Origin: a virus
Direction: 5' to 3' (one strand)
Virus record (IMG/VR): IMGVR_UViG_3300034101_001322
Span: 30,530-94,529 of that record
DNA length: 64,000 bases
This document shows positions 41,126-49,384 of this stretch, piece after piece. The first letter of the stretch is position 1; each line of letters starts with the position of its first letter. Made by a program: the position numbers and the translations under genes. The notes under the pieces were generated by a model, which searched no databases, was not told the DNA's origin, and saw only the letters and a program-made list of their open reading frames with translations.

Positions 41126-41650
41126 ATGACTTGTATCGCTGTAGTAAAACAAGATGATAAAGTTTATATGGCTGGTGACAGAGGTGCATCTGATGATGGC
41201 ACTATTCTGGCACTAGATGCTCCCAAGGTTTGGAAGATTGGTCCGTATCTAATTGGATATGCTGGATCAATGGACGGAGAAAGAATTCGTTATAACTTTA
41301 AACCAACTGCTCCAAATATTAAAGATACAGATAAGTTTATGCAAACAAGGTTTATTAAAGAACTAAAAGAATTTTATAATGAGTTCTGGGTTGACACATC
41401 AAAAGATGGAGACCTTGGTTTAATTATTGCAGTTCGTGGAGAAATTTATGAGCACAGTTCTGCAGACATGTCTTTATCTAAATATACTATTCCATACCTT
41501 GCTATGGGGTCTGGTGCTGAGTATGCCTATGGTGTGTTATATGCAACAGATAAACAAAAGAATGCAAGAAATAGAGTTGTTTCAGCAGTAAGTGCAGCAG
41601 TTAAATTTAATCCATCATGCATGGGTCCAGTTGACGTAGTGAGCATTTAG
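41126..41650 (+). CDS. Ntn-hydrolase, proteasome-beta/HslV-like protease
   Basis: N-terminal M-T-C-I, AGD, PKVW, AMGSG..YAYG. Confidence 0.75.
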   Translation: MTCIAVVKQDDKVYMAGDRGASDDGTILALDAPKVWKIGPYLIGYAGSMDGERIRYNFKPTAPNIKDTDKFMQTRFIKELKEFYNEFWVDTSKDGDLGLIIAVRGEIYEHSSADMSLSKYTIPYLAMGSGAEYAYGVLYATDKQKNARNRVVSAVSAAVKFNPSCMGPVDVVSI

Positions 41651-41665
41651 GAGTATACTTATAAT

Positions 41666-41848
41666 ATGATTAACGAAGAAGATAGTCTAGAGTTTGAAAT
41701 CTGGATTAACAATGGAATTGAGCGGGGATGGGTAACAGAACCGTTTTGTAACACTCATGAAGGAGATCCTTTTATGAGTGATGAAGAAGCACAAGAATGG
41801 GAAGAGGGCGGAGACCCTTGTCAGGTAGTAATTAAAATAAAGGAGTAA
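41666..41848 (+). CDS. Small acidic hypothetical protein (leaderless)
   Basis: TATACT-6 nt-ATG; C..H.GDP...GGDPC. Confidence 0.6.
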   Translation: MINEEDSLEFEIWINNGIERGWVTEPFCNTHEGDPFMSDEEAQEWEEGGDPCQVVIKIKE

Positions 41849-41850
41849 GA

Positions 41851-42732
41851 GTGAAAAAAATAGCAGTGGGGTTAATTGCAGTACTTGGTTTAGTAGTATT
41901 ACAGCCAGCGTATGCAGAAGAAAAGAAGTCAATTGTAATCATTGACACAGCAGTAGACACAACATTACCACAACTAAGTGGAAAGATCGTACATGAGGTT
42001 TGCTTGATGGAAGAACTTCGTTGTCCAAACGGAAAGTCTTTCATGGAAGGTAAGGGATCTGCAACATTGCCAGCAACACAGGCATACTCTGGCGGATTTG
42101 CTCATGGAACAATCATGTCTTTAATTGCAACAAGTGTTAATCCAGATATCAACATTGTATTTATTCGTATTTATCCTATGGATAGAAAAGGAAATATTGC
42201 ATCATCTGCGACTAATGCAAATAGCACTGTAAAGCAGGCTCTTGATTGGGTAGTTAACAATAAGTCACGATTTAATATTGTTGGTGCATCTGTATCACTA
42301 GGTCATAGACCAGTAAGAAGTGGTGAAAACTATTGTGGAGTTAATAGATTTGATGCAGGACTAAGATCTTCTATTGTTAACTTACAAAACCTTGGTGTTG
42401 CATCAGTATTTTCTACTGGCAACAATTATGATAAGTCTAGAATTGATTATCCATCCTGTGTTTCAGAGGCAGTAGCAGTTTCATCTGTTGGTCCTAGAGG
42501 GAATACAGAACGATATGCAAATGATGCAAAGCAAGTAGACTTTTATGCTCTTGGTAATCACAATACCTCTTTAGGAACGGTCTCAGGAACATCTGCAGCA
42601 ACCGCTGCATTTACAGCGTACTGGGCAAAAAACTATAGGGGTAACTATCAAATGACATATGACTACATTAAGTCAGTTGCAATAACATCAGATACTAATA
42701 AAATCAATTCAGTTGTTGATGTTTTAAAGTAA
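41851..42732 (+). CDS. Secreted subtilisin-like (S8) serine peptidase
   Basis: Signal peptide (AYA-E); triad IIDTA, HGT, GTSAAT; oxyanion STGN. Confidence 0.85.
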   Translation: MKKIAVGLIAVLGLVVLQPAYAEEKKSIVIIDTAVDTTLPQLSGKIVHEVCLMEELRCPNGKSFMEGKGSATLPATQAYSGGFAHGTIMSLIATSVNPDINIVFIRIYPMDRKGNIASSATNANSTVKQALDWVVNNKSRFNIVGASVSLGHRPVRSGENYCGVNRFDAGLRSSIVNLQNLGVASVFSTGNNYDKSRIDYPSCVSEAVAVSSVGPRGNTERYANDAKQVDFYALGNHNTSLGTVSGTSAATAAFTAYWAKNYRGNYQMTYDYIKSVAITSDTNKINSVVDVLK

Positions 42733-42739
42733 AAGGTCT

Positions 42740-42815
42740 TGGTCTGTAACTCAGTTGGCAGAGTGAGAAACTGTTAATTTCTAAGTCGTAGGTTCGAGTC
42801 CTACCAGACCAGCCA
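42740..42815 (+). tRNA. tRNA-Asn(GTT)
   Basis: TGGTCTG/CAGACCA acceptor stem, AGAAA-CTGTTAA-TTTCT anticodon arm, GGTTCGAGTCC, encoded CCA. Confidence 0.95.
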
Positions 42816-42816
42816 A

Positions 42817-42890
42817 GCAGATATTGCATAGTGGTAGTGCGTAACCTTGCCAAGGTTAATGTGCGAGTTCGATTCTCGCTATCTGCTCCA
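42817..42890 (+). tRNA. tRNA-Gly(GCC)
   Basis: GCAGATA/TATCTGC acceptor stem, TAACC-TTGCCAA-GGTTA anticodon arm, U73, encoded CCA. Confidence 0.95.
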
Positions 42891-42910
42891 AATCTTTGAT
42901 ATAATAGTAT

Positions 42911-42963
42911 TGTACTGCCTACGGGGGTACATTAACTTATTCGCTTGAAAGGGGAATAAAATG
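42911..42963 (+). promoter_or_regulatory. Structured 5' UTR of hsp20, ROSE-like RNA thermometer candidate
   Basis: Two bulged-G hairpins; the second (TTATTC-G-CTT-GAAA-GGG-GAATAA) pairs UCGCU with the SD. Confidence 0.6.
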
Positions 42964-43377
42964 GTAACACAGTTCGCAATGGATCTATTCAATGATCCTT
43001 TTTTTATTGGCTTTAACAGAGAGTTAAGCCGTTTAAACACTGCACATAAAACAAATTCACAATCATATCCTCCATATGATCTTCTTAAACTAGATGAAGA
43101 TACATATAGACTTTCACTTGCAATTGCAGGGTTTACAAAGAATGATATCGATATCTCAGTAGATAATGGAACCCTTATCATTAAGGGTGAGATTGTTGAA
43201 GTAACAGATGCAGAAGTTGTTCACAAGGGTATTGCTGGTCGAAAGTTTGTTCGATCATTTGCTCTTGGAGAATATATGGAAGTAACTGGAGCAGACATGA
43301 AAGATGGAATGTTACACATCAATGTAGATCGTGTTGTTCCAGAAGAAAAGAAACCAAAAACAATTAAAATCAAGTAG
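42961..43377 (+). CDS. Small heat-shock protein (Hsp20/IbpA-like)
   Basis: YPPYDL, LAIAGF, HKGIAGRKFVRSF, DGMLHI, C-terminal IKI. Confidence 0.95.
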   Translation: MVTQFAMDLFNDPFFIGFNRELSRLNTAHKTNSQSYPPYDLLKLDEDTYRLSLAIAGFTKNDIDISVDNGTLIIKGEIVEVTDAEVVHKGIAGRKFVRSFALGEYMEVTGADMKDGMLHINVDRVVPEEKKPKTIKIK

Positions 43378-43390
43378 TACAATATAAGAT

Positions 43391-43480
43391 AGTCCCTACA
43401 CAGGACCTTAGAGATGGTTTAGTTACCCAACTATATGAAACCGTGGCTTAAGTGCCTGGAATGCCTGTGTAGGGCTTTTT
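43391..43480 (+). ncRNA. Candidate structured small RNA (~90 nt)
   Basis: TACAAT -10 at 43378; closing stem CCCTACACAGG/CCTGTGTAGGG; nested ATGGTTT/AAACCGT and TAGTT/AACTA stems; T-run at the end. Confidence 0.55.
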
Positions 43481-43503
43481 ATAACCCTGATATAATGATA
43501 TTT

Positions 43504-43779
43504 GTGACTGACAAAGAGTTGGTGCATTACAATAAGCAGCAGTTTAAGAAAAAACTGTCAGAGATAAAAGAGTCATCTGGGTGTGTGGATTGTGGAATAA
43601 CTAATCATATAGTGTTAGACTTTGATCATTTACGAGACAAAAAATATAACATATCAAGAATGATTCATGATGGATTTTCTTGGGCAGCAATTAAAAAAGA
43701 AATTGCAAAATGTGAGGTAGTTTGTGCAAACTGCCACAGAGTAAGGACCTATAACAGGTTGACAAACAAAAGTGCATGA
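43504..43779 (+). CDS. HNH endonuclease
   Basis: CVDC...FDH...CEVVCANCH; GTG start 7 nt after TATAAT. Confidence 0.85.
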   Translation: MTDKELVHYNKQQFKKKLSEIKESSGCVDCGITNHIVLDFDHLRDKKYNISRMIHDGFSWAAIKKEIAKCEVVCANCHRVRTYNRLTNKSA

Positions 43780-43788
43780 TGCTATAAT
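43759..43788 (+). promoter_or_regulatory. Consensus promoter for the endolysin operon
   Basis: TTGACA-18 nt-TATAAT with TG extension. Confidence 0.8.
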
Positions 43789-43818
43789 TAAGATCTAGCC
43801 AATAAACAGGAGGAACCC

Positions 43819-44607
43819 ATGGCAGCAAAAGGCTCGTTAGAAGCAATCATTGAGGTTGCAAAAGCAGAAGTAGGGACTATCGAAGGTCCAAAAGATAATG
43901 AAACAAAGTATGGTAAGTGGTCAGGTGTTAACTTTCAACCATGGTGCCAGTCATTTGTATCTTGGACAGCATTCACATCAGGATTAGATCCAAAGAAGTA
44001 TCCAAAGACTGCTTCAACAGTAGCAGCAGCAGATTGGTTTAAGAAAAATAATCGTTGGGCAGATGCTCGTAATGATGATCCAACTCCAGGAGATTGGATC
44101 TATTTTGATTTTCCAGATGATGGTGTAAATCGTATTTCACATGTTGGTCTTTGCATTAAAAATAATGGCGATGGAACAATTCAAGTTATTGAAGGAAATA
44201 CTTCAGGAACTGCAAAGGGAGACCAAAGAAATGGTGGCATGTGCGTAGAAAAAACTCGTGCATATGTAAAGAATAAAAAGGGCATTCTTAATGCAGTAGT
44301 TGGTTGGGGTCGTCCAGTCTATGCTGGCGAAGAGAATGTTCCTCTACTTTCAAAAGCAGGTGCATCAGCACCAGTAAACAATACGCCAGCACCTGTTGCT
44401 ACAGCAGAGAAGAAGCAGTTTAAGCCTTTTAAGGTTGGTTCAAAGGGTGAAAGCGTCAAGAAACTTCAGGAACTGCTTGGCATTAATGCAGATGGTGATT
44501 TTGGTCCAGGTACTGAAAAAGAAGTTAAGAAGTTTCAAAAAACTTCATCTCTACCAGTAACAGGTATTGTAGATCAAGCAACACTTAAGGCTCTTAGGGC
44601 TAAGTAA
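43819..44607 (+). CDS. Endolysin (CHAP amidase + peptidoglycan-binding domain)
   Basis: PWCQSFV, SHVGL, IEGNTS; C-terminal DGDFGPGT..VKKFQ...TGIVD. Confidence 0.92.
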   Translation: MAAKGSLEAIIEVAKAEVGTIEGPKDNETKYGKWSGVNFQPWCQSFVSWTAFTSGLDPKKYPKTASTVAAADWFKKNNRWADARNDDPTPGDWIYFDFPDDGVNRISHVGLCIKNNGDGTIQVIEGNTSGTAKGDQRNGGMCVEKTRAYVKNKKGILNAVVGWGRPVYAGEENVPLLSKAGASAPVNNTPAPVATAEKKQFKPFKVGSKGESVKKLQELLGINADGDFGPGTEKEVKKFQKTSSLPVTGIVDQATLKALRAK

Positions 44608-44792
44608 TGCCAGTTTATGAATACAAATGTACAGGAAACTGTGCAGATGTTGTGATCAAACAAAGATCAATTAAAGAAAACGATCCAGGGTATGAGTGTG
44701 AAACTTGCACTCTACCACTGGAACGTGTATACTCAAGTGTAGGAGCAGTTTTCAACGGTAGTGGATTTTATTCCACAGATAACAGAAAGTAA
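44607..44792 (+). CDS. FmdB-family zinc-ribbon protein
   Basis: MPVYEYKC...CETC...FNGSGFYSTD. Confidence 0.85.
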   Translation: MPVYEYKCTGNCADVVIKQRSIKENDPGYECETCTLPLERVYSSVGAVFNGSGFYSTDNRK

Positions 44793-44801
44793 CGGTATAC
44801 T

Positions 44802-45056
44802 ATGAGTACAATGATTACAGAAGAGGTCGTACAAGAAGAATGGATTCTTAAGGCGACTGATCGCTGTGATTCATGTGCAGCAGAGGCGTTAGTAAAAGTA
44901 ACTGGCATCTCTGGTGACTTAATGTTTTGTGGTCATCACTATAATAAAATCATGGATAATCCAGATGGATACTCTAAAATGATGTCTTTTATGCTTACAA
45001 TAGTTGATGAACGTCATAAGTTGATTGAAAATAAAGCGAAAGGCAAGGACTACTAA
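44802..45056 (+). CDS. Actinobacterial-type small Zn-binding protein
   Basis: DRCDSC...LMFCGHH. Confidence 0.65.
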   Translation: MSTMITEEVVQEEWILKATDRCDSCAAEALVKVTGISGDLMFCGHHYNKIMDNPDGYSKMMSFMLTIVDERHKLIENKAKGKDY

Positions 45057-45463
45057 TGTATGAGTATTTTGTAAAAGAAGTCAAGAATGTTGTCGATGGA
45101 GACACTATTGATGTTATTATTGATTTAGGGTTTGATATCTTATTTGCATCCCGTGTTCGTCTTGCTGGAATTGATACTCCAGAATCTAGAACAACAGATA
45201 AGGCTGAGAAGGCTCTTGGTCTTGAGGCTAAAGAATATTTAAAGAAGAGCCTTAAGGATGCCAAGTCTGTTGTAATTAAGACTGAAAAGATGAACTCATC
45301 TGAAAAGTTTGGTCGCATTTTAGGCTGGGTATACATTAATAGTGACACAGTATCTCTTAATGATAAGATGATCAATGATGGATACGCTTGGGGATATCTT
45401 GGTGATACAAAGGTTAAAGATTTTGAAGCACTTAAAAAGGCTAGAGCAAAGTCTGGTAAATGA
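45056..45463 (+). CDS. Thermonuclease (SNase-like)
   Basis: VVDGDT, VRLAGIDTPE, KFGRILG. Confidence 0.92.
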   Translation: MYEYFVKEVKNVVDGDTIDVIIDLGFDILFASRVRLAGIDTPESRTTDKAEKALGLEAKEYLKKSLKDAKSVVIKTEKMNSSEKFGRILGWVYINSDTVSLNDKMINDGYAWGYLGDTKVKDFEALKKARAKSGK

Positions 45464-45714
45464 AAACCGTATTTTATTTCACAGCAGACTGGTGTAATCC
45501 CTGCAAAAAGGTAAAGCCAATTGTTGAAGAATTAAACAGAGAACAGGGCTATGCCAAGTTTCAAATTATTGATGCTGACATGGAAATGGAATTGGTAAAA
45601 AGGTTTGAGATTAGGTCTGTGCCAACTTTTATTTTGATAGAAGATGGTGTTGAGATTAATAGAATCATTGGAGCACAAACAAGAGAATCTTTGATTGGAT
45701 TTATAAATGGCTAA
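45460..45714 (+). CDS. Thioredoxin
   Basis: FTADWCNPC, IRSVPTF. Confidence 0.92.
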   Translation: MKTVFYFTADWCNPCKKVKPIVEELNREQGYAKFQIIDADMEMELVKRFEIRSVPTFILIEDGVEINRIIGAQTRESLIGFING

Positions 45715-46042
45715 CGAAGAAGATAAGATCATTGACAATTTAATCTTAGATGGTGGTCTTGAGGTATCGGCTATGGATGAGGATACAGGGGAATTACTGT
45801 ACTCATTTACTCCAAAAATTCAAGAACTAATGCCAGATCTATATAAAGAACATATACAAAATGTCAACTCTGAAGTAATGAATTTATGGGAAAAAGGATT
45901 TTTGAACTTAGACCTGTTTGAAAAAGATCCAATCATTACCATTACCCCAAAGGCTCTGAATAAAGAAGACATTGAGGGCTTATCTAAGCAGGAGCGATGG
46001 TCTCTTTTTGAAGTCATCAGATTGCTCCAGCGCAAAGTCTGA
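45707..46042 (+). CDS. Hypothetical protein
   Basis: Coupled to the thioredoxin gene. Confidence 0.55.
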   Translation: MANEEDKIIDNLILDGGLEVSAMDEDTGELLYSFTPKIQELMPDLYKEHIQNVNSEVMNLWEKGFLNLDLFEKDPIITITPKALNKEDIEGLSKQERWSLFEVIRLLQRKV

Positions 46043-46074
46043 TATAATCAGTATATAGATCTGGGAGGATACTA

Positions 46075-46797
46075 ATGCCATATAGAGTTGGAGCCAAAGG
46101 TTCTTTTGGGTGTTCTGGATACCCTGCATTAAAAGAGGGTACTAATGAAGTAATGGGATGCCACGAAACAAGAGCAGAGGCAGCAGCACAAATTTTTGCT
46201 ATAAACGCTAGTGAAGGTAAAATTGGTAAGTCAATGCATGATTTAAAAGAAGGCGACTTCGTAATGGGAACAACAAAAGAAGGAGTTGTCCATGGAAAAG
46301 TTGAGCATATTATGACAGAAGGTGGCACTCTTGGCACTCCTGGATCAGAGTATGCGCTAACATCAATGCCACCAGATAATCCAGCAATGTCTGTTAGAGT
46401 TTATGAAGAAGAAGAAAGTGGTAAATGGGAAGAAACTGCCTACAGCATTGGAATGATGTATAACGATGCTACAAAGTTAGATAGTTTAGAAGGACATGAA
46501 ATGGATTCTGAAATGGCAATGGCACAGTACGATTCCTATATGGGTAAAGCAAAAGAGCCTAACTATGGAGATTTTATTCAACCAAGACGTGGCGGAAGCG
46601 AACCATCAAATGCAAGATTGTATGCAAGAATTATTGCTGAAGCAAAAGACAAGTTTGATGTTTACCCATCCGCAGTAGCAAACTCTTGGGTTGTTCAAGA
46701 ATACAAAAGACGTGGTGGAACATATAAGTCAGAGCCTACAACTACCAAAACAATTTGGGATGGCGGTTTGCTTGATTTCAGAGGATTTACAAAGTAA
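46075..46797 (+). CDS. Multi-module phage protein (GCH-motif domain, Tudor/SH3-like domain, DUF5872-like C-terminus)
   Basis: MPY...GCHET..A..Q; LKEGDFVM..GKVEHI; YPSAVAN..VQEYKRRGGTY. Confidence 0.55.
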   Translation: MPYRVGAKGSFGCSGYPALKEGTNEVMGCHETRAEAAAQIFAINASEGKIGKSMHDLKEGDFVMGTTKEGVVHGKVEHIMTEGGTLGTPGSEYALTSMPPDNPAMSVRVYEEEESGKWEETAYSIGMMYNDATKLDSLEGHEMDSEMAMAQYDSYMGKAKEPNYGDFIQPRRGGSEPSNARLYARIIAEAKDKFDVYPSAVANSWVVQEYKRRGGTYKSEPTTTKTIWDGGLLDFRGFTK

Positions 46798-47168
46798 TGG
46801 CTGATACATACACCCCTAATGCTGGCATGAAGGCTGCTGCAAGACGTGCTTTAAAGTGGAAAGAAGATGGCAAGGCAACTGGTGCTGGAACTCCAGTGGG
46901 TTGGGGTCGTGCAACAGATATTGTTAATGGATCAGCAATGTCTCTTAGTACTGTTAAAAGAATGTTCTCTTTCTTTTCTCGTCATGAAGTAGATAAAAAG
47001 GGAAAAGGTTTTTACGATGGTCCAGAGTTTCCATCTAATGGAAGAATTATGTGGGAGGCTTGGGGCGGAGATGCAGGGTTTGCTTGGAGTCGTGCAATCG
47101 TAGAGCGTGAAAAAAGAAAAACAGAAAAAGTTTGGGTAGGAAGTCCATTTAGTTTAAGAAAAGGGTAG
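46797..47168 (+). CDS. Conserved phage protein (domain often fused to head-morphogenesis proteins)
   Basis: GTPVGWGRA, TVKRMFSFFSRHE, WEAWGGDAG. Confidence 0.6.
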   Translation: MADTYTPNAGMKAAARRALKWKEDGKATGAGTPVGWGRATDIVNGSAMSLSTVKRMFSFFSRHEVDKKGKGFYDGPEFPSNGRIMWEAWGGDAGFAWSRAIVEREKRKTEKVWVGSPFSLRKG

Positions 47169-47172
47169 AGTA

Positions 47173-47361
47173 ATGGAAGATTTAGGTGTAGAAGATTTAA
47201 AGCAGTTAATAAATTTTTATAAACAAAGATCATCTGATCTTGAGTTCAGCCTATTACAATCACAAATAAAGTTAAATAAGATTATCTCTCTTCAATCATC
47301 AGAAGAACCAAAGCAAGCAACGAAAACAGTTATAGATAAAAAGATCAAGTTCGATTCTTAA
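47173..47361 (+). CDS. Hypothetical coiled-coil protein
   Basis: ORF in operon. Confidence 0.5.
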   Translation: MEDLGVEDLKQLINFYKQRSSDLEFSLLQSQIKLNKIISLQSSEEPKQATKTVIDKKIKFDS

Positions 47362-47369
47362 GGAGAAAA

Positions 47370-47789
47370 ATGGAGTATATCCTTACTGCCGTCTTGACTT
47401 TCATTGCTTCTTGCTTTATACTTATAGTAATAAGAAAAAAAACCCAAAAAGGTTTTTCAAAAACTTTGTATAGTCAAAGCGACATGCATAGATTATTGAA
47501 ATATTTTTTCTCATTAAACATAATCAATGAAAAAAAGCCTACCTCTCAGTTGACAAAACGCAGAGAAAAGGATATGATTAGAGTAATTGTTATAGGCAAT
47601 TTGGCATACTGGGTATCGGATAACATATTTTATGTTGCTGAGGCTATTGATGGAGAGGTTATACCTCAAACAGCAAAGCCAGTAGATACGAACAGTATGA
47701 CACGAAGAGACTTAGACAAAATGCTATTCATCTTGGATAGCCTAAAGAATGGAAATAAAAATGATAGTAGCAGTGCAGGGAACGAATGA
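47370..47789 (+). CDS. N-terminally anchored membrane protein
   Basis: N-terminal TM then RKK; SD AAGGAG. Confidence 0.6.
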   Translation: MEYILTAVLTFIASCFILIVIRKKTQKGFSKTLYSQSDMHRLLKYFFSLNIINEKKPTSQLTKRREKDMIRVIVIGNLAYWVSDNIFYVAEAIDGEVIPQTAKPVDTNSMTRRDLDKMLFILDSLKNGNKNDSSSAGNE

Positions 47790-48111
47790 CTTTGATGATT
47801 ACAACATCTTCATTCGTGCTATGGGGGTTGCACTTTCCACAATGCAGGAAGACGACAAAGAGTTCGTAATCTATTCTGTTGGACCTGCTAGAATCAATTC
47901 TTTTGTTTCAGAGTTTTCAAATTTATCAGAACGTGGAATGAAAGCAAGAGGTCGTAAAATTAAATTTTACAAAGTTGCTTCTGCATGGCTTGAGGAAAAC
48001 ATTGAACAGATAAACTACTTTGCGTTTCTTAGCAAGCCTAAGCAACCAAATTCAAAATTAGTTGCATCTGCAGAACTAAAGAATATTGAAGTTGGAATTT
48101 TCCGTTACTAA
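47761..48111 (+). CDS. SLOG/YspA-like protein
   Basis: MIVAVQGTNDFDDY N-terminal motif. Confidence 0.5.
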   Translation: MIVAVQGTNDFDDYNIFIRAMGVALSTMQEDDKEFVIYSVGPARINSFVSEFSNLSERGMKARGRKIKFYKVASAWLEENIEQINYFAFLSKPKQPNSKLVASAELKNIEVGIFRY

Positions 48112-48125
48112 CAGAAAGATATATT

Positions 48126-48335
48126 ATGATAATTAATAAACTAGAAAAGATGGAAAAGATAGTTGCATCTAACAAATCCTTAGAGTGGGTTGGTTGGGAT
48201 GTAGCAGAACGTAAGAAAACCGATATGGGTAGGACTGCCGTAAACGGTGTACGAGTCAATGATCAGTGGTACACACAACGAGTATTTAAACTGGATCAAA
48301 ATGGCTGGGATATTCCAAACAAATATAGGATGTAA
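48126..48335 (+). CDS. Hypothetical protein
   Basis: ORF in operon. Confidence 0.55.
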   Translation: MIINKLEKMEKIVASNKSLEWVGWDVAERKKTDMGRTAVNGVRVNDQWYTQRVFKLDQNGWDIPNKYRM

Positions 48336-48337
48336 AC

Positions 48338-48622
48338 ATGAAACAGCATGTTTGGAAAGACGATGCTGAGTGTTTAGGTCTTGATACTGATATATTTTTT
48401 GATAAATATGAAGAAGAGCCAACGCTTAGATTAGCGGTAGACTCTATTTGTAACACATGTCCAGTAAGAAAGACGTGTTTTGCTGTAGGCGTTTCAGGTA
48501 AAGAGTGGGGAATTTGGGGTGGAGTATATCTTGAAGGTGGAGAAATATCCAGGGAGTTCAACAATCATAGAACCAAAAAAGATTGGGCAGAAACCTGGTC
48601 TTCATTGACAATGGATAAATAA
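48338..48622 (+). CDS. whiB: WhiB-family Fe-S transcription factor
   Basis: W...AEC...FF...ICNTCPVRKTC...GIWGG. Confidence 0.93.
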   Translation: MKQHVWKDDAECLGLDTDIFFDKYEEEPTLRLAVDSICNTCPVRKTCFAVGVSGKEWGIWGGVYLEGGEISREFNNHRTKKDWAETWSSLTMDK

Positions 48623-48853
48623 ATGTATACAGATTCAATGCGTAGAGCCTTTCATTCTATAGTCCCACCAAAGGGATTTAATGTACAGATTCTTGACAAC
48701 GATGCCTTTCTTACTATAAAATTAGACGAGAAGCATTTTGTAACTATGGTTCATGATGAAAAAATTCAAGCCTTGCAATATGTTGTTCAGGTAAAGAAAG
48801 CATTAGAAATGAATGGGGCAATCGTGTTGGTAACAAGAGAGGCATTAAAGTAA
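48623..48853 (+). CDS. Hypothetical protein
   Basis: Directly after whiB. Confidence 0.55.
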   Translation: MYTDSMRRAFHSIVPPKGFNVQILDNDAFLTIKLDEKHFVTMVHDEKIQALQYVVQVKKALEMNGAIVLVTREALK

Positions 48854-49341
48854 TGCAAACATTTTTACCGTTTCAAAGTTATGAAGAATCTGCAGAGTCT
48901 TTAGATAATAAGCGTTTAAACAAACAAATACTTGAGGCTTATCAAATACTTAAGGTGTTATCTGGTCAGTCACCATCAGGTGCTTGGAGAAATCATCCAG
49001 CAGTTTTGATGTGGAAGAATGCTGAGTATTCATTGCGAACATATGCAAAGACAATGATATCAGAGGCTAAACTACGGGGTATTAAGACAGACAAGAACGA
49101 GGATAATATAGATGCCTTAGAAGCCCTCTGTGGCGATATCTGGGGTACTAATAAGCCTTTCTGGGATAACTCAACAGGTCCGCACCTAGATAGGATTAAT
49201 ATTACACATAGGGCTAACCTATACCGTAAAGATCCAGATTACTATGCTGAATTCTACCATGACACAAAGAATAAGAATAATAAGCCTTGTTGTGATAAAT
49301 GCCTCTACTACTGGGTAACTCACGCTATACGCTCAGTTTGA
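48853..49341 (+). CDS. Pyrimidine-dimer DNA glycosylase-like (DenV/MSMEG_6728 family)
   Basis: MQTFLP, LDNKRLNKQILEAYQI, WRNHPAVLMW, HRANLYRKDPDYY. Confidence 0.85.
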   Translation: MQTFLPFQSYEESAESLDNKRLNKQILEAYQILKVLSGQSPSGAWRNHPAVLMWKNAEYSLRTYAKTMISEAKLRGIKTDKNEDNIDALEALCGDIWGTNKPFWDNSTGPHLDRINITHRANLYRKDPDYYAEFYHDTKNKNNKPCCDKCLYYWVTHAIRSV

Positions 49342-49384
49342 CAAAACCAGTACAAGAGAGTACAATATATATAGGAAGGCAAAA

